64,000 nt of DNA from an uncultured Chloroflexia bacterium (GTDB lineage: Bacteria > Chloroflexota > Anaerolineae > Anaerolineales > UBA4823). The position numbers were made by a program, and so were the translations under genes. The notes under the pieces were generated by a model. The model was not told the origin of the DNA, ran no database searches, and saw only the letters and a list, made by a program, of their open reading frames with translations. Positions within the stretch are counted from its first letter, which is position 1; every line of letters begins with the position of its first letter. Below are positions 55,348 through 64,000 of the stretch, piece by piece. The stretch spans positions 401,317 to 465,316 of the forward strand of contig CAWEKR010000012.1 in the NCBI GenBank assembly GCA_963809615.1. Direction: 5' to 3'.

Positions 55348-58300
55348 TTACTTTATATCCTTGCTATTAGTCAAGCCCATTTCCTTCTTCATCGACATGA
55401 ACACGTCCACCACACGCGGGTCGAAGAATTTCTCTTTTTCGTCCAAAATATACTGAATCGCTTTATCCTTCGGCCACGCATTTCGGTACGGACGGTCGGA
55501 TGTGAGCGCATCAAATACATCCACTACGGTAAAGATGCGTGCTGCCAGCGGGATTTGCTCCCCCTTAAGTCCGCGCGGGTAACCCGTGCCATCCCACTTC
55601 TCATGATGACTTCCGGGGATATCTAATGCCGGACGCAGGTAGGAAATCGGCGCCAGCATCTCGAATGCATACTGTGGGTGCATGTGCATCACTTTCCATT
55701 CTTCTTCGCTGAGTGCATCCGGCTTCAGCAGGATTGTGTCTGGGATGCCCATTTTACCCATATCGTGCAGCAGGATACCTCGGCGCATATGCACCAGGTC
55801 TGATTCGCTCATCCCCATTACCCGCGCCAGGCTTAATGCCATATCCGTTACGCGCTTGGTGTGACCTTCGGTCACCGCGTCGCGCATGTCTAGCGCACGC
55901 GACCAGCCTTCGATGGTAGCATCGTAAGCCAGGCTGAGCTCCAGGTTCGATCGCTGCAGGTTGGTGAACAGCTGCGAATTATCAATGGCGATTGTCACCT
56001 GCCCGGCGAGTGTCTCGAGAAATTCCACCCATTCAGAGGTTTGTTCATGCTGTGTTCGTTGATAAACCTCCAATACGCCTTTGACATCACCCTTGGCGAT
56101 CAGCGGCACTGCAGTATAAGATGCAAAACCTTCAGCCGTGAAGATATCTGCCCGCAGAAAGTTGTGGATCACTGCCTTGAGGTCGGGTAAATGAATTATC
56201 CGCCGTTCCATGATCTGATGACCGATCACACCCTCGCCGAGTAAGAATCGTGATTTTTCAATCGCGTTGGTGAGGAAGCCCTTGCCGACTGAATACTCAA
56301 AGGCGTAATTGTGGGGATTTAATAGAAGGATATCTACAGCATCCACTCCCAGCTGGTTGATGATCTGCAGAAGGATGATATTTAAGATTGCCCTCAGGTC
56401 AAAGCTGGATGCGATGGCAGAATCTATCGTCCTTAGTGCCTGGACCTGCTGGAGATGGTGTTCAGTCTTTTCGAACAAGCGTGCATTCTCCAATGCCGCG
56501 GCTGCGCGCTCCGCAAGCAAGTGGCAGGCAGAAATCTCATCCGCAGATGGTTGGTAAATAACCATCTTGCTTAATGTGAGCACGCCGATCACCCGACCTT
56601 CCCTGAGCATGGGGTAGGCGAAAAATGCCTTGATATCTGGCCGGACAAGGATTTGGCGGATGGAAGGTTCCTGGCGATCGATGTCTGACAAGATCAATGG
56701 TTCACCGGCGTCGATCAGTTTTCGAATTGCTGGCAGGGTCAGCTTGACACGTGTATTCATTGATCTCGTTGGTAAACCGGTTCCTGCTCGGATCACGGCT
56801 TCGTTTTTCTCAGCATCGATCAACATGACCGTACATGTAGCGCTGTCCATATACTCTGCCACATGTTTGACCAGGGTCTCCAAGACTTCATCCTCATGGC
56901 GCAAAGAAGCCAGGTCAATCCCAAGTTTGACGATCTGTGTCAGGCGGGCGGTGCGTTGTTTCTCTGCCTCATACAGGCGTGCATTTTCGATTGCAATTGC
57001 GACGGTGTCGGCGATGGTCGAGAGCAGCTCGCGCTCCCTTTCTCCAAAAGCATTTGGTCGGTAGGCTTGGACCGAGATCACTCCCACCACTTCGTCTCCA
57101 AGCTGCATGGGAACACCCAACCATGAGCGGGAGGGCAGCCCGGTTCCCCATAAAGTCATCATGGGCAAATTGCTTTTTTCCTGTTCATAATCCTGCACCA
57201 GGAGATATTTTCGGCTGTGCACTACTTGTGCCGTCAGTGCATTGCCGAGTGGTCGCATATAAGGTCCCTCATGGACTTCACCATCCACACGGATGCGGAA
57301 CTCGAGCTGGTCACTTTGCCGGTCGTAGAGTGCAACAAAGAATGAGTCAGCTGGAACAGCATTGATGATTTCCTTGTAGACAATTTCCAGCAAGTCATCC
57401 AGGTTTAGCGTTGTGCTGATCGCGCGCGCCACCCGATTAAGCAGCGCCATTCGTTCAGCATATTGGCGTGTATCCTCCAGGCTGACACGTAGAGCATCTT
57501 CCGCTTTCTTACGCTCAATGGAGACTGCAACCTGCGTTGAAACAAACTCCATCAAGTCGAGGTCTTCCTGGTTATAAATGACACCTTCTGAATAACTCTG
57601 TGCCACCATAACCCCGGTGACACGTTCTTCAAGCTTTAGTGGTACCCCGATCCAGTCAATCGAGTCGGAACCGACGATCTCCACTTCACCCTGTTCGATT
57701 AACTGCCGGAAGACTGCCTCAGTTGCCCATAATGGTTTGCCTGTGCGTATAACATATTCGGTTAAACCGTGTTCAGGCTTAGCAGGCGGAGGCGGCTGAT
57801 CAAACTTGTCTACGTAATAAGGGAAGCTGAGCAGGTCATTAGGCAAGTCGTAGAGAGCGATATAGAAGTTTTCCACTGGCATCAGCTCAGCCAGGATATT
57901 GTGAATGGAATGGAATAGCTCATCCAGGCTGGCTGTCATCACCACCGCCTGCGAGATCCGGTAAATCGCTTGCTGGACCTGCTCGGCACGCTTTGATTCT
58001 GTTATGTCTCGGTAGAGACCAATCGAACCATGCGAGATGCCATTTTCATCGCGTAGCTCTACCGCAGAATCAAATACCCAGTGAATCTTTCCGTCCCTTG
58101 CCTTGATGCGGTACTCGCATTTCCAGGTGGAACCGCGATTTTCTGCCATATGCACTCTTCGGATGGCTTTGTCCAGGGTGTATTTGGTTGCCTCCCCAAC
58201 AAGGCGCGCTTCCTGGACCAACGAGTCCCATAATTCTTCGGTAAATTCATCGGGTGCATAGCCCGTTATCTGTTGAATACCCTCACCGATAAAGTCGTAA

Positions 58301-59418
58301 TGGATGGACTTTCCATCTTCGCTATAGGATTGATAATATGGCACTCCACCGGTAGACTCAATTGCCTGGCGGTAAATTACAACAGACTCGCGCAGGGCAG
58401 CCTCGGCGCGTTTACGTACCTCTAGCTCTGAGGCCGCAGATTCATAAAGGCGTGCATTCTCCACTGCCACAGCGGCATGATTGGCAAACATAGATAACTG
58501 GTCCAGATCCCTATGCGAGAACTGTTCTTCCCTGAATACATGCAGGACGCCGTTCACACGCCCTTGCCAGATCATCGGCGCGCTGACTAATGCCTGGAAT
58601 GAAGGTTGGTCCGTTTCGTAAAGATTTGCTTTCCCCGCCCACCTGGGGTAATTTTTTAAAATAATAGGCTTGCCCGATTGTACAACTTTCCCGGCAGCAC
58701 CTTCACCATATTTCAAGGTCGTGCCTGCATAATCTTTGTGGGTATTGTGACTAACCACACATTTGATGGTTTCCGACTCGGAATCTACCAGGTATAACCC
58801 TCCGCCGTTGGCATTTAACAGCCTGGTAGCTCGTTCGACGATCAGCTTTAACAACTCGGGTAAGGAATGGCGAATGGTAAGGTTTAACACCGTCTCTTGC
58901 AGGGCAGAAAGCTCGGCTGCATGGTGCTCCAGCTCCATCTCAGCATGCTTACGCTCTGTGATATCGATCATAAACCCCTGCCAAAATAATGGCTTGCTGG
59001 AGGCATCGTGGAGCAGCCAGGCTTCATCGTAAATCCACTTTATTTGCCCATCACGCGTTCGGATCCTGTATTCAACCTTAAAGGGTTCACCGGTGTTTTC
59101 GGTACGTGTGTTCTCTGCCCAAACACGCTCCTGGTCTTCCTTAAGGATTATCTTGAACCATAGATCATGATCCGCTATCCATTGCTTGGGGGTATAGCCT
59201 GTGATAATCTCGCACTGGGGGTTGATATACAGAGTCTGGCTGAGCTCGCCGACTGATTCAGTATAGATGATGGCAGGGATCTGCTCCAACATGGCACGAT
59301 AGCGTAACTCCACCGCAGCCTCAGACTTGGGTAATCTCCGGATGCGCTTGGTTTTTACGTGATAATCGTCGTCACGTTTTATGGTCGTTAATACTGCGGA
59401 AGATAACCTATCGTTCAT
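55348..59418 (-). CDS. 1356-aa multi-sensor HD-GYP protein (PAS-GAF-PAS-GAF x4-HD-GYP)
   Basis: Two PAS-like blocks (ITGYTPKQW...VEYRIRTRDGQIKW and ITGYAPDEF...CEYRIKARDGKIHW). Five GAF-like blocks each end in AVA(I/V)ENARL(Y/F)E-like motifs. The C-terminus carries HTKRV...LLHDMGKMGIP...HHEKWDGTGYPRGL. Confidence 0.85.
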   Translation of the reverse strand: MNDRLSSAVLTTIKRDDDYHVKTKRIRRLPKSEAAVELRYRAMLEQIPAIIYTESVGELSQTLYINPQCEIITGYTPKQWIADHDLWFKIILKEDQERVWAENTRTENTGEPFKVEYRIRTRDGQIKWIYDEAWLLHDASSKPLFWQGFMIDITERKHAEMELEHHAAELSALQETVLNLTIRHSLPELLKLIVERATRLLNANGGGLYLVDSESETIKCVVSHNTHKDYAGTTLKYGEGAAGKVVQSGKPIILKNYPRWAGKANLYETDQPSFQALVSAPMIWQGRVNGVLHVFREEQFSHRDLDQLSMFANHAAVAVENARLYESAASELEVRKRAEAALRESVVIYRQAIESTGGVPYYQSYSEDGKSIHYDFIGEGIQQITGYAPDEFTEELWDSLVQEARLVGEATKYTLDKAIRRVHMAENRGSTWKCEYRIKARDGKIHWVFDSAVELRDENGISHGSIGLYRDITESKRAEQVQQAIYRISQAVVMTASLDELFHSIHNILAELMPVENFYIALYDLPNDLLSFPYYVDKFDQPPPPAKPEHGLTEYVIRTGKPLWATEAVFRQLIEQGEVEIVGSDSIDWIGVPLKLEERVTGVMVAQSYSEGVIYNQEDLDLMEFVSTQVAVSIERKKAEDALRVSLEDTRQYAERMALLNRVARAISTTLNLDDLLEIVYKEIINAVPADSFFVALYDRQSDQLEFRIRVDGEVHEGPYMRPLGNALTAQVVHSRKYLLVQDYEQEKSNLPMMTLWGTGLPSRSWLGVPMQLGDEVVGVISVQAYRPNAFGERERELLSTIADTVAIAIENARLYEAEKQRTARLTQIVKLGIDLASLRHEDEVLETLVKHVAEYMDSATCTVMLIDAEKNEAVIRAGTGLPTRSMNTRVKLTLPAIRKLIDAGEPLILSDIDRQEPSIRQILVRPDIKAFFAYPMLREGRVIGVLTLSKMVIYQPSADEISACHLLAERAAAALENARLFEKTEHHLQQVQALRTIDSAIASSFDLRAILNIILLQIINQLGVDAVDILLLNPHNYAFEYSVGKGFLTNAIEKSRFLLGEGVIGHQIMERRIIHLPDLKAVIHNFLRADIFTAEGFASYTAVPLIAKGDVKGVLEVYQRTQHEQTSEWVEFLETLAGQVTIAIDNSQLFTNLQRSNLELSLAYDATIEGWSRALDMRDAVTEGHTKRVTDMALSLARVMGMSESDLVHMRRGILLHDMGKMGIPDTILLKPDALSEEEWKVMHMHPQYAFEMLAPISYLRPALDIPGSHHEKWDGTGYPRGLKGEQIPLAARIFTVVDVFDALTSDRPYRNAWPKDKAIQYILDEKEKFFDPRVVDVFMSMKKEMGLTNSKDIK

Positions 59419-60111
59419 CTCAAACCTCCACTTGGAGAGGTTGCAATTACTGAACCAACTGAATCACCCAGATTAATGAAAGGTAATGGTTGCTGGGAGC
59501 TCAATTATATATATACAATATCCCATAACTCGGGTGATGTGCTTATCACTTATGCAAGGATATACCAACCCCATGGATGAGTTGAGGGTCTCAAAGAAGT
59601 AATAAATTACCAAGTCTGAACAGCAGGCAGAGTGAGTTTCGCCTGGTAGTATCCAACATTGGGTCATGACCCAAATGGGATAGTCCATTTTAAGGTAGGT
59701 ACCCGCGAGTAGGATTACTTATCCATTACTTGCTTCATGCAAGTATTGGGATGAAATAGTATGTCCAAGCTAAAACCGAGGATGTCTCAATTCAAAATTC
59801 CAGGTCAAGGAATAAGGGAAACAGGTTGCACCCGGGAAGGAGAAAACGAAGGATGCAATGGACTTAGTGTTCGGACTCAGGCTGGCAGCGTTATCAAAAG
59901 TGAGTGCGCTATAGGAAAGGGTCGATCGGAATCCTAGGCACAAGCGGGCACTCCAAACAGGTTATTCGCTAATGCGTTTAATCAGCCAAATAGATCCCAT
60001 ACCCCTGGTCATTTCCCAGACGGTTGAGATCAACCGGAGAATTTATACGGGAATTTATTCTAATAATTCAATCTATTTATAACGATATGCTTTCTCCTTC
60101 TCTCAAGCCGA

Positions 60112-60594
60112 TTATCTAATAATCAATGGCATATTAGTTAAATAATTGCCTGTCGGGCAGGTGAACTGCTCTGTGCTACCCAGGTTGTATGGTACTGTAT
60201 CGCCAGTGTCTTGTCCCTGCAAACTGAGTATATACTTTTGTCCGCAGGCTGCAGCGAAGTCTTTTGCCACCAGGGAAGGTGTATAGGTGCTTCCTGTGAA
60301 TGGCACAGGGTTTGATTGATCCGGTCGGAAATCGTAAATAACCCGCTGTGAACCTGAACTAATCCGAGTGGCAATAAGCTGGAAAAAAACCAGCTTCTCC
60401 CCATCGGTGAGATTCAAGGCGAAGGGATCTACATGAATCTTGCACTGGTCGTGATGTGCTAAATAGCAGCCAGCTTGAATCGGGCTTGCAAAGAAATTAA
60501 CTGCTCCCTGGGCTGTCGGTGGACGATGAAAACCAACCGATAGAAAACAGACAAGAAATATAAGAATCAGCGATCTCGTATATTTCCAGGACAT
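60112..60594 (-). CDS. secreted 4-Cys protein of unknown function, paralog 2
   Basis: Signal peptide, with about 55-60% identity to the neighbouring ORF (FASPIQAGCY...HVDPF...KLVFFQL...QRVIYDFRPDQSNPVPF...PSLVA.DFAA.CG.KY..SLQGQD). Confidence 0.6.
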   Translation of the reverse strand: MSWKYTRSLILIFLVCFLSVGFHRPPTAQGAVNFFASPIQAGCYLAHHDQCKIHVDPFALNLTDGEKLVFFQLIATRISSGSQRVIYDFRPDQSNPVPFTGSTYTPSLVAKDFAAACGQKYILSLQGQDTGDTVPYNLGSTEQFTCPTGNYLTNMPLIIR

Positions 60595-60618
60595 ATTACC
60601 TCTTCTCTTTTCAAATGC

Positions 60619-61074
60619 TTAAGGAGCGACGGATGGGCAGGTAATCTCATGGGTGAGACCCAAGTTAAAGGCATATGGATCTAAGGAGTCCTGTCCTTGG
60701 AGACTGATTTCATATTTTTTCCCACAGGTGGCAGCAAAATCTTGAGCTACAAGCGAGGGGCTGAACGAGTTTCCAATAAATGGTACCGGGTTTGATTGGT
60801 CAGGTCGAAAGTCATAGATCACTCGCTGGATGCCGGTACCAGACTCAATAGCTACCAGCTGAAAAAAGACAAGTTTTGAACCAGAAGTAAGATCGATTGT
60901 AAATGGGTCCACGTGCAGTCGGCAATCATTCGGTGCGGATATATAGCAGCCTGCTTGAATCGGGCTGGCAAATATCTCGACTTCTGCCCTCACCTGGTTG
61001 GAGCGGTTGTAAAGGAAAAAGGCAGCTGAAATTGCTATTAATAAACCAATCAAAAAAAGCACACGTGATTTCAT
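60619..61074 (-). CDS. secreted 4-Cys protein of unknown function, paralog 1
   Basis: Signal peptide and the same conserved blocks as 60112-60594. RBS GGAGG lies upstream. Confidence 0.6.
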   Translation of the reverse strand: MKSRVLFLIGLLIAISAAFFLYNRSNQVRAEVEIFASPIQAGCYISAPNDCRLHVDPFTIDLTSGSKLVFFQLVAIESGTGIQRVIYDFRPDQSNPVPFIGNSFSPSLVAQDFAATCGKKYEISLQGQDSLDPYAFNLGLTHEITCPSVAP

Positions 61075-61255
61075 AAGGAACCTCCTTCATTTTTGGGTTT
61101 AATTGGATGTGCATCAATTTTATAACAATAACCTCGTTATTGGCTATGGGTGGAGACATGTCTTTCCCAAAATCGGGCAAACAAAGTGATGAGTGCATAG
61201 ATGTAAGCATGATGCATAAATAATTAGAGCCACTTTTATTTCGTGTACCGTCGTA

Positions 61256-61301
61256 TAAATCTGGGGTCTGTAAATCTGGGGTAAATCTGGGTAAATCTGG
61301 G
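61256..61301 (+). promoter_or_regulatory. four direct repeats TAAATCTGGG abutting the -35 of the mgtA promoter (candidate activator sites)
   Basis: Copies start at 61256, 61271, 61282 and 61292 (spacing 15, 11 and 10 nt). Confidence 0.5.
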
Positions 61302-61303
61302 TC

Positions 61304-61332
61304 TTGACACATCTAATTTACAGTACTATACT
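61304..61332 (+). promoter_or_regulatory. near-consensus sigma70 promoter for mgtA
   Basis: TTGACA (61304-61309), 17-nt spacer, TATACT (61327-61332). Confidence 0.6.
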
Positions 61333-61465
61333 GCGCGGGCTCAGAAAGAGCAGGAATATAGGATGAACGCATTGGAACCTGATAGTAGTCATAAACAAAT
61401 CACCACCCTGCTGGTTGGAGTTTCAACGGGGTAAGGTAAGGACTATTTCGAGATAACCGTTCTCA

Positions 61466-61510
61466 TTGCCTGCCCTCGCGATCCCCTCCGGCGCGCGGGC
61501 AATTTTTTTT
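61466..61510 (+). terminator. terminator-like hairpin plus T8 inside the mgtA leader (attenuator candidate)
   Basis: TTGCCTGC ... GCGGGCAA forms an 8-bp stem plus inner CG pairs, followed by TTTTTTTT. It ends 5 nt before the AAGGAGG RBS. Confidence 0.55.
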
Positions 61511-61527
61511 CGGATAAGGAGGTCACT

Positions 61528-64000
61528 ATGGGCTTCTTCGCAACCTTAATCTCCGCGCCAATGCGCCTAACCGGTGCAGTGCGTGGCAATGGAATCGGAA
61601 TCTCACAGCAGCTCATCGAGAACGCTAGTAAAGAATTATCGGCTGTCTTTGAACAGCTCAACACCACTCCCAATGGATTGACCGCTGGGGAAGTGGAATC
61701 GCGCCTGGAGACCTACGGACCCAATGAGGTTGCCCGGGAGAAGCGCATCTCCTGGTACCGGCGATTGTGGGATAACTTCAAGAACCCACTGGTTATCCTG
61801 CTGGTAGCCCTGGGGATCATCTCCTTTCTGACCGGGGACCTACGGGCTACCATCATGATCTTACTGATGGTTGTGCTCGGCATTGTGCTGCGCTACTTCC
61901 AGGAGCAGCGCGCAGACCACGCGGCGGAAGAACTGAAAGCCATGGTCAGCACCACAGCAACGGTGGTCAGGGAAGGCGTGCACAAGGAGATCAAGCTTTC
62001 GCAGCTGGTGCCGGGGGATATCGTCCTGCTTTCAGCCGGTGATATGGTGCCGGCAGATGTGCGCTTGATCAGCGCCAAAGACCTCTTCCTTAACCAGGCT
62101 ACACTTACGGGCGAATCCATGCCCGTGGAGAAATCGCCTGCCACACCGCCTGAAAGCCTGAATAATGCGCTCGAGATGCCCAACATCTGCTTCATGGGCT
62201 CCAACATAGAATCGGGCACAGGCACCGCAATTGTCCTGCAAACCGGCAGCCAGACTTATTTTGGCTCTCTGGCAGGCTCGCTGACCAGCGACCGCCAGCT
62301 GACCAGTTTTGATAAGGGCATCAACCAGTTCACCATGCTGATGATCAGCTTCATGGCGATCATGGTGCCTCTGGTGTTCCTGTTCAACGGTCTCAGCAAG
62401 CATAACTGGCTGGAAGCGTTCCTGTTCGCGCTGGCAGTCGCTGTTGGTCTCACACCCGAGATGCTGCCCATGATCGTGACAGTGAACCTGTCCAAAGGTG
62501 CCATCTTGATGTCGCGCAATAAGGTTATCGTCAAACGCCTCAATGCCATCCAGAACTTTGGCGCCATGGACGTGTTGTGCACCGATAAGACCGGCACCAT
62601 CACCCAGGGGCGAATCGTGCTGGAAAAGCACCTGGACGTGCGTGGAAATGATTCTGACCGGGTGCTGCACTACGGCTACCTGAACAGTTATTACCAGACC
62701 GGGCTGAAGAACCTGATGGACGAGGCGATCCTCGAGCACGAGCACCTAAATTACGACCTGCAGGTGGACGAGGACTTCAGGAAGATCGATGAAATACCCT
62801 TCGATTTTCAACGCCGGCGCATGTCTGTGATCATGGAGGATAACCTGAATCGCCACCTCCTGATTTGCAAAGGGGCGGTGGAGGAGATTATGGCGCTCTC
62901 CACACGGGTGGAGGTCAAAGGTGAAGTGCTGGATGTGCTGCCAGAGCACGATATCAAGCGCCGCCAGATGATCCATGAGCTGAACGCGGATGGCTTCAGG
63001 GTGATCGCGATCGCATATAAGTATATGCCCGGCGATAATGACGAGCCACACTACACCGTGCAAGATGAATCCGGCCTGACGCTAATGGGTTTCCTGGCAT
63101 TTCTCGACCCGCCCAAGGAGAGTGCGCAGGAGGCTATCGTCAAGCTTCACTCGCATAGTGTGGATGTCAAGATCCTGACGGGTGATAACGATGTGGTGAC
63201 CGCCAGCATCTGCAAGCAGGTGGGCTTACCGGTGGAGAACATGCTGCTGGGCAACCTGATCGAGGAAATGAGCGATGAACAGCTGGCTGAGGCAGTTAGC
63301 TCGACCACGGTATTCGCCAAACTTTCTCCGGCACACAAGGAGCGCATCATCCACGCTCTGCAGCGCAAAGGGCACGTGGTTGGCTTCATGGGCGACGGGA
63401 TCAACGATGCCCCAGCGCTCAAAGCTGCCGACGTGGGTATTTCGGTGGATTCGGCGGTGGACATCGCCAAAGAATTGTCCGATATCATCCTGCTGGAGAA
63501 CAACCTGCTGGTGCTTGAACAGGGCGTGATGGAAGGACGCAGGGTGTTCGGCAACATTACCAAGTACATCAAGATGGCTGCATCGTCTAACTTCGGCAAT
63601 ATGTTCAGCGTGCTGGGCGGCAGCCTGTTCCTGCCATTCATACCCATGCTGCCGATCCAGGTGCTGACCAATAACTTGCTGTATGACTTCTCGCAGACCG
63701 CCATCCCCACCGACACGGTGGATGAAGAGTGGCTGGCAAAGCCACGCAAGTGGGCGATTGGAGAGCTGCGCCGCTTTATTCTGTACATCGGCCCGATCAG
63801 CTCAATCTTTGACTACCTGACTTTCTTTATCATGCTGTATATCTTCAAAACCTGGACCAACCCGGAATTGTTCCACACCGGCTGGTTCGTCGAGAGTTTG
63901 TTTACCCAGACGTTGATCATTCACGTCATCCGAACCAATAAGATCCCGTTCGTCCAGAGCAGGGCAAGTAAGGCGCTCATTTTCACCTCGCTGGCAATTG
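61528..64000 (+). CDS. mgtA: magnesium-translocating P-type ATPase, 3' end outside the window
   Basis: The frame is open from ATG 61528 to the window end. Motifs: LTAGEVESRLETYGPNEV, phosphorylation site DKTGTIT, hinge MGDGINDAPALKAADVGISV, and the MgtA-typical NNLLYDFSQTAIPTD. Confidence 0.92.
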   Translation, partial: MGFFATLISAPMRLTGAVRGNGIGISQQLIENASKELSAVFEQLNTTPNGLTAGEVESRLETYGPNEVAREKRISWYRRLWDNFKNPLVILLVALGIISFLTGDLRATIMILLMVVLGIVLRYFQEQRADHAAEELKAMVSTTATVVREGVHKEIKLSQLVPGDIVLLSAGDMVPADVRLISAKDLFLNQATLTGESMPVEKSPATPPESLNNALEMPNICFMGSNIESGTGTAIVLQTGSQTYFGSLAGSLTSDRQLTSFDKGINQFTMLMISFMAIMVPLVFLFNGLSKHNWLEAFLFALAVAVGLTPEMLPMIVTVNLSKGAILMSRNKVIVKRLNAIQNFGAMDVLCTDKTGTITQGRIVLEKHLDVRGNDSDRVLHYGYLNSYYQTGLKNLMDEAILEHEHLNYDLQVDEDFRKIDEIPFDFQRRRMSVIMEDNLNRHLLICKGAVEEIMALSTRVEVKGEVLDVLPEHDIKRRQMIHELNADGFRVIAIAYKYMPGDNDEPHYTVQDESGLTLMGFLAFLDPPKESAQEAIVKLHSHSVDVKILTGDNDVVTASICKQVGLPVENMLLGNLIEEMSDEQLAEAVSSTTVFAKLSPAHKERIIHALQRKGHVVGFMGDGINDAPALKAADVGISVDSAVDIAKELSDIILLENNLLVLEQGVMEGRRVFGNITKYIKMAASSNFGNMFSVLGGSLFLPFIPMLPIQVLTNNLLYDFSQTAIPTDTVDEEWLAKPRKWAIGELRRFILYIGPISSIFDYLTFFIMLYIFKTWTNPELFHTGWFVESLFTQTLIIHVIRTNKIPFVQSRASKALIFTSLAI

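Noticed and set aside
59659-59674. Perfect 16-bp palindrome TTGGGTCATGACCCAA about 240 nt upstream of the giant HD-GYP gene, as a candidate operator.
   Set aside because: About one perfect 16-bp palindrome is expected by chance in 64 kb. There is no second copy and no known motif match, so the evidence is insufficient on its own.
61340-61527. M-box (ykoK) Mg2+ riboswitch upstream of mgtA.
   Set aside because: I could not find the conserved M-box core strings by eye. I kept this only as a generic attenuator finding. A covariance-model scan is needed for a definitive answer.
61443-61673. 76-aa minus-strand ORF overlapping the mgtA RBS and start. Similar cases are 59473-59688, 80-523, 15705-16061 and 16886-17218.
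   Set aside because: They overlap stronger features on the other strand or AT-rich spacers, have no RBS or motifs, and their composition is atypical for coding sequence.
1-64000. Mobile elements, prophage, defence systems (RM, CBASS, TA, retron), tRNA or rRNA genes.
   Set aside because: I scanned ORF products and intergenic regions. I recognised no transposase, integrase, recombinase, nuclease/helicase defence signature, cloverleaf-like tRNA or rRNA segment. Absence cannot be proven without tRNAscan, Infernal or HMM searches.

Overview
This is a bacterial chromosomal segment with about 60 protein genes. I found no rRNA, tRNA, CRISPR array, transposase or integrase. Gene content (secretin-less Tad pilus operon, PD40 lipoproteins, GAAC-N4-GTTC SOS box) tentatively suggests a Chloroflexota/Anaerolineae-like organism, but this cannot be proven from the sequence alone.

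Layout by region:
- 1-3.7 kb: alaS 3' end, a csp gene with a long leader, a PD40 lipoprotein and aspA.
- 3.8-12.6 kb (minus strand): a Tad/Flp-type pilus operon with unusual gene order. It has an embedded TPR-LysM protein and no secretin, pilin or prepilin peptidase. A stand-alone HD-GYP gene is transcribed divergently from it.
- 13.5-16.9 kb: a family-5 solute-binding protein, secG and a PHP hydrolase.
- 16.9-30.4 kb: a markedly AT-rich glycan island. It holds rfbF/G/H-type CDP-3,6-dideoxyhexose genes plus an SDR and a ThDP enzyme (YerE-like logic), NeuB/NeuC, a Zn-ribbon methyltransferase, and a GT2 / flippase-like / GT-C triad with a GT2 3'-fragment scar.
- 30.5-35.5 kb: uvrB behind a perfect SOS box, a Gly/Met-repeat secreted protein, an RNHCP protein, and rsgA behind a promoter, mini-ORF and double-terminator leader.
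- 36-47 kb: a second PD40 protein, a 26-nt x4 tandem repeat, four RibD_C/DHFR-like paralogs with a VOC gene, an esterase and a YdjC deacetylase. A ~970-nt ORF-free region follows, with a second SOS-box promoter and many hairpin repeats. Then come a toroid-like protein, a TPR protein, a VOC protein and an EamA transporter.
- 47.6-59.4 kb: ybaK, then a co-directional block of a giant PAS/GAF x5 HD-GYP protein, a MacAB-like ABC system with a hyper-elongated adaptor, a membrane protein and an OmpR/HK pair.
- 60-64 kb: two paralogous secreted Cys proteins, then mgtA behind four direct repeats, a consensus promoter and a terminator-containing leader.

I recognise no classical defence or mobile system. 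The most unusual signals are the orphan SOS-box locus, the repeat families, the glycan-island chemistry and the Tad operon architecture.
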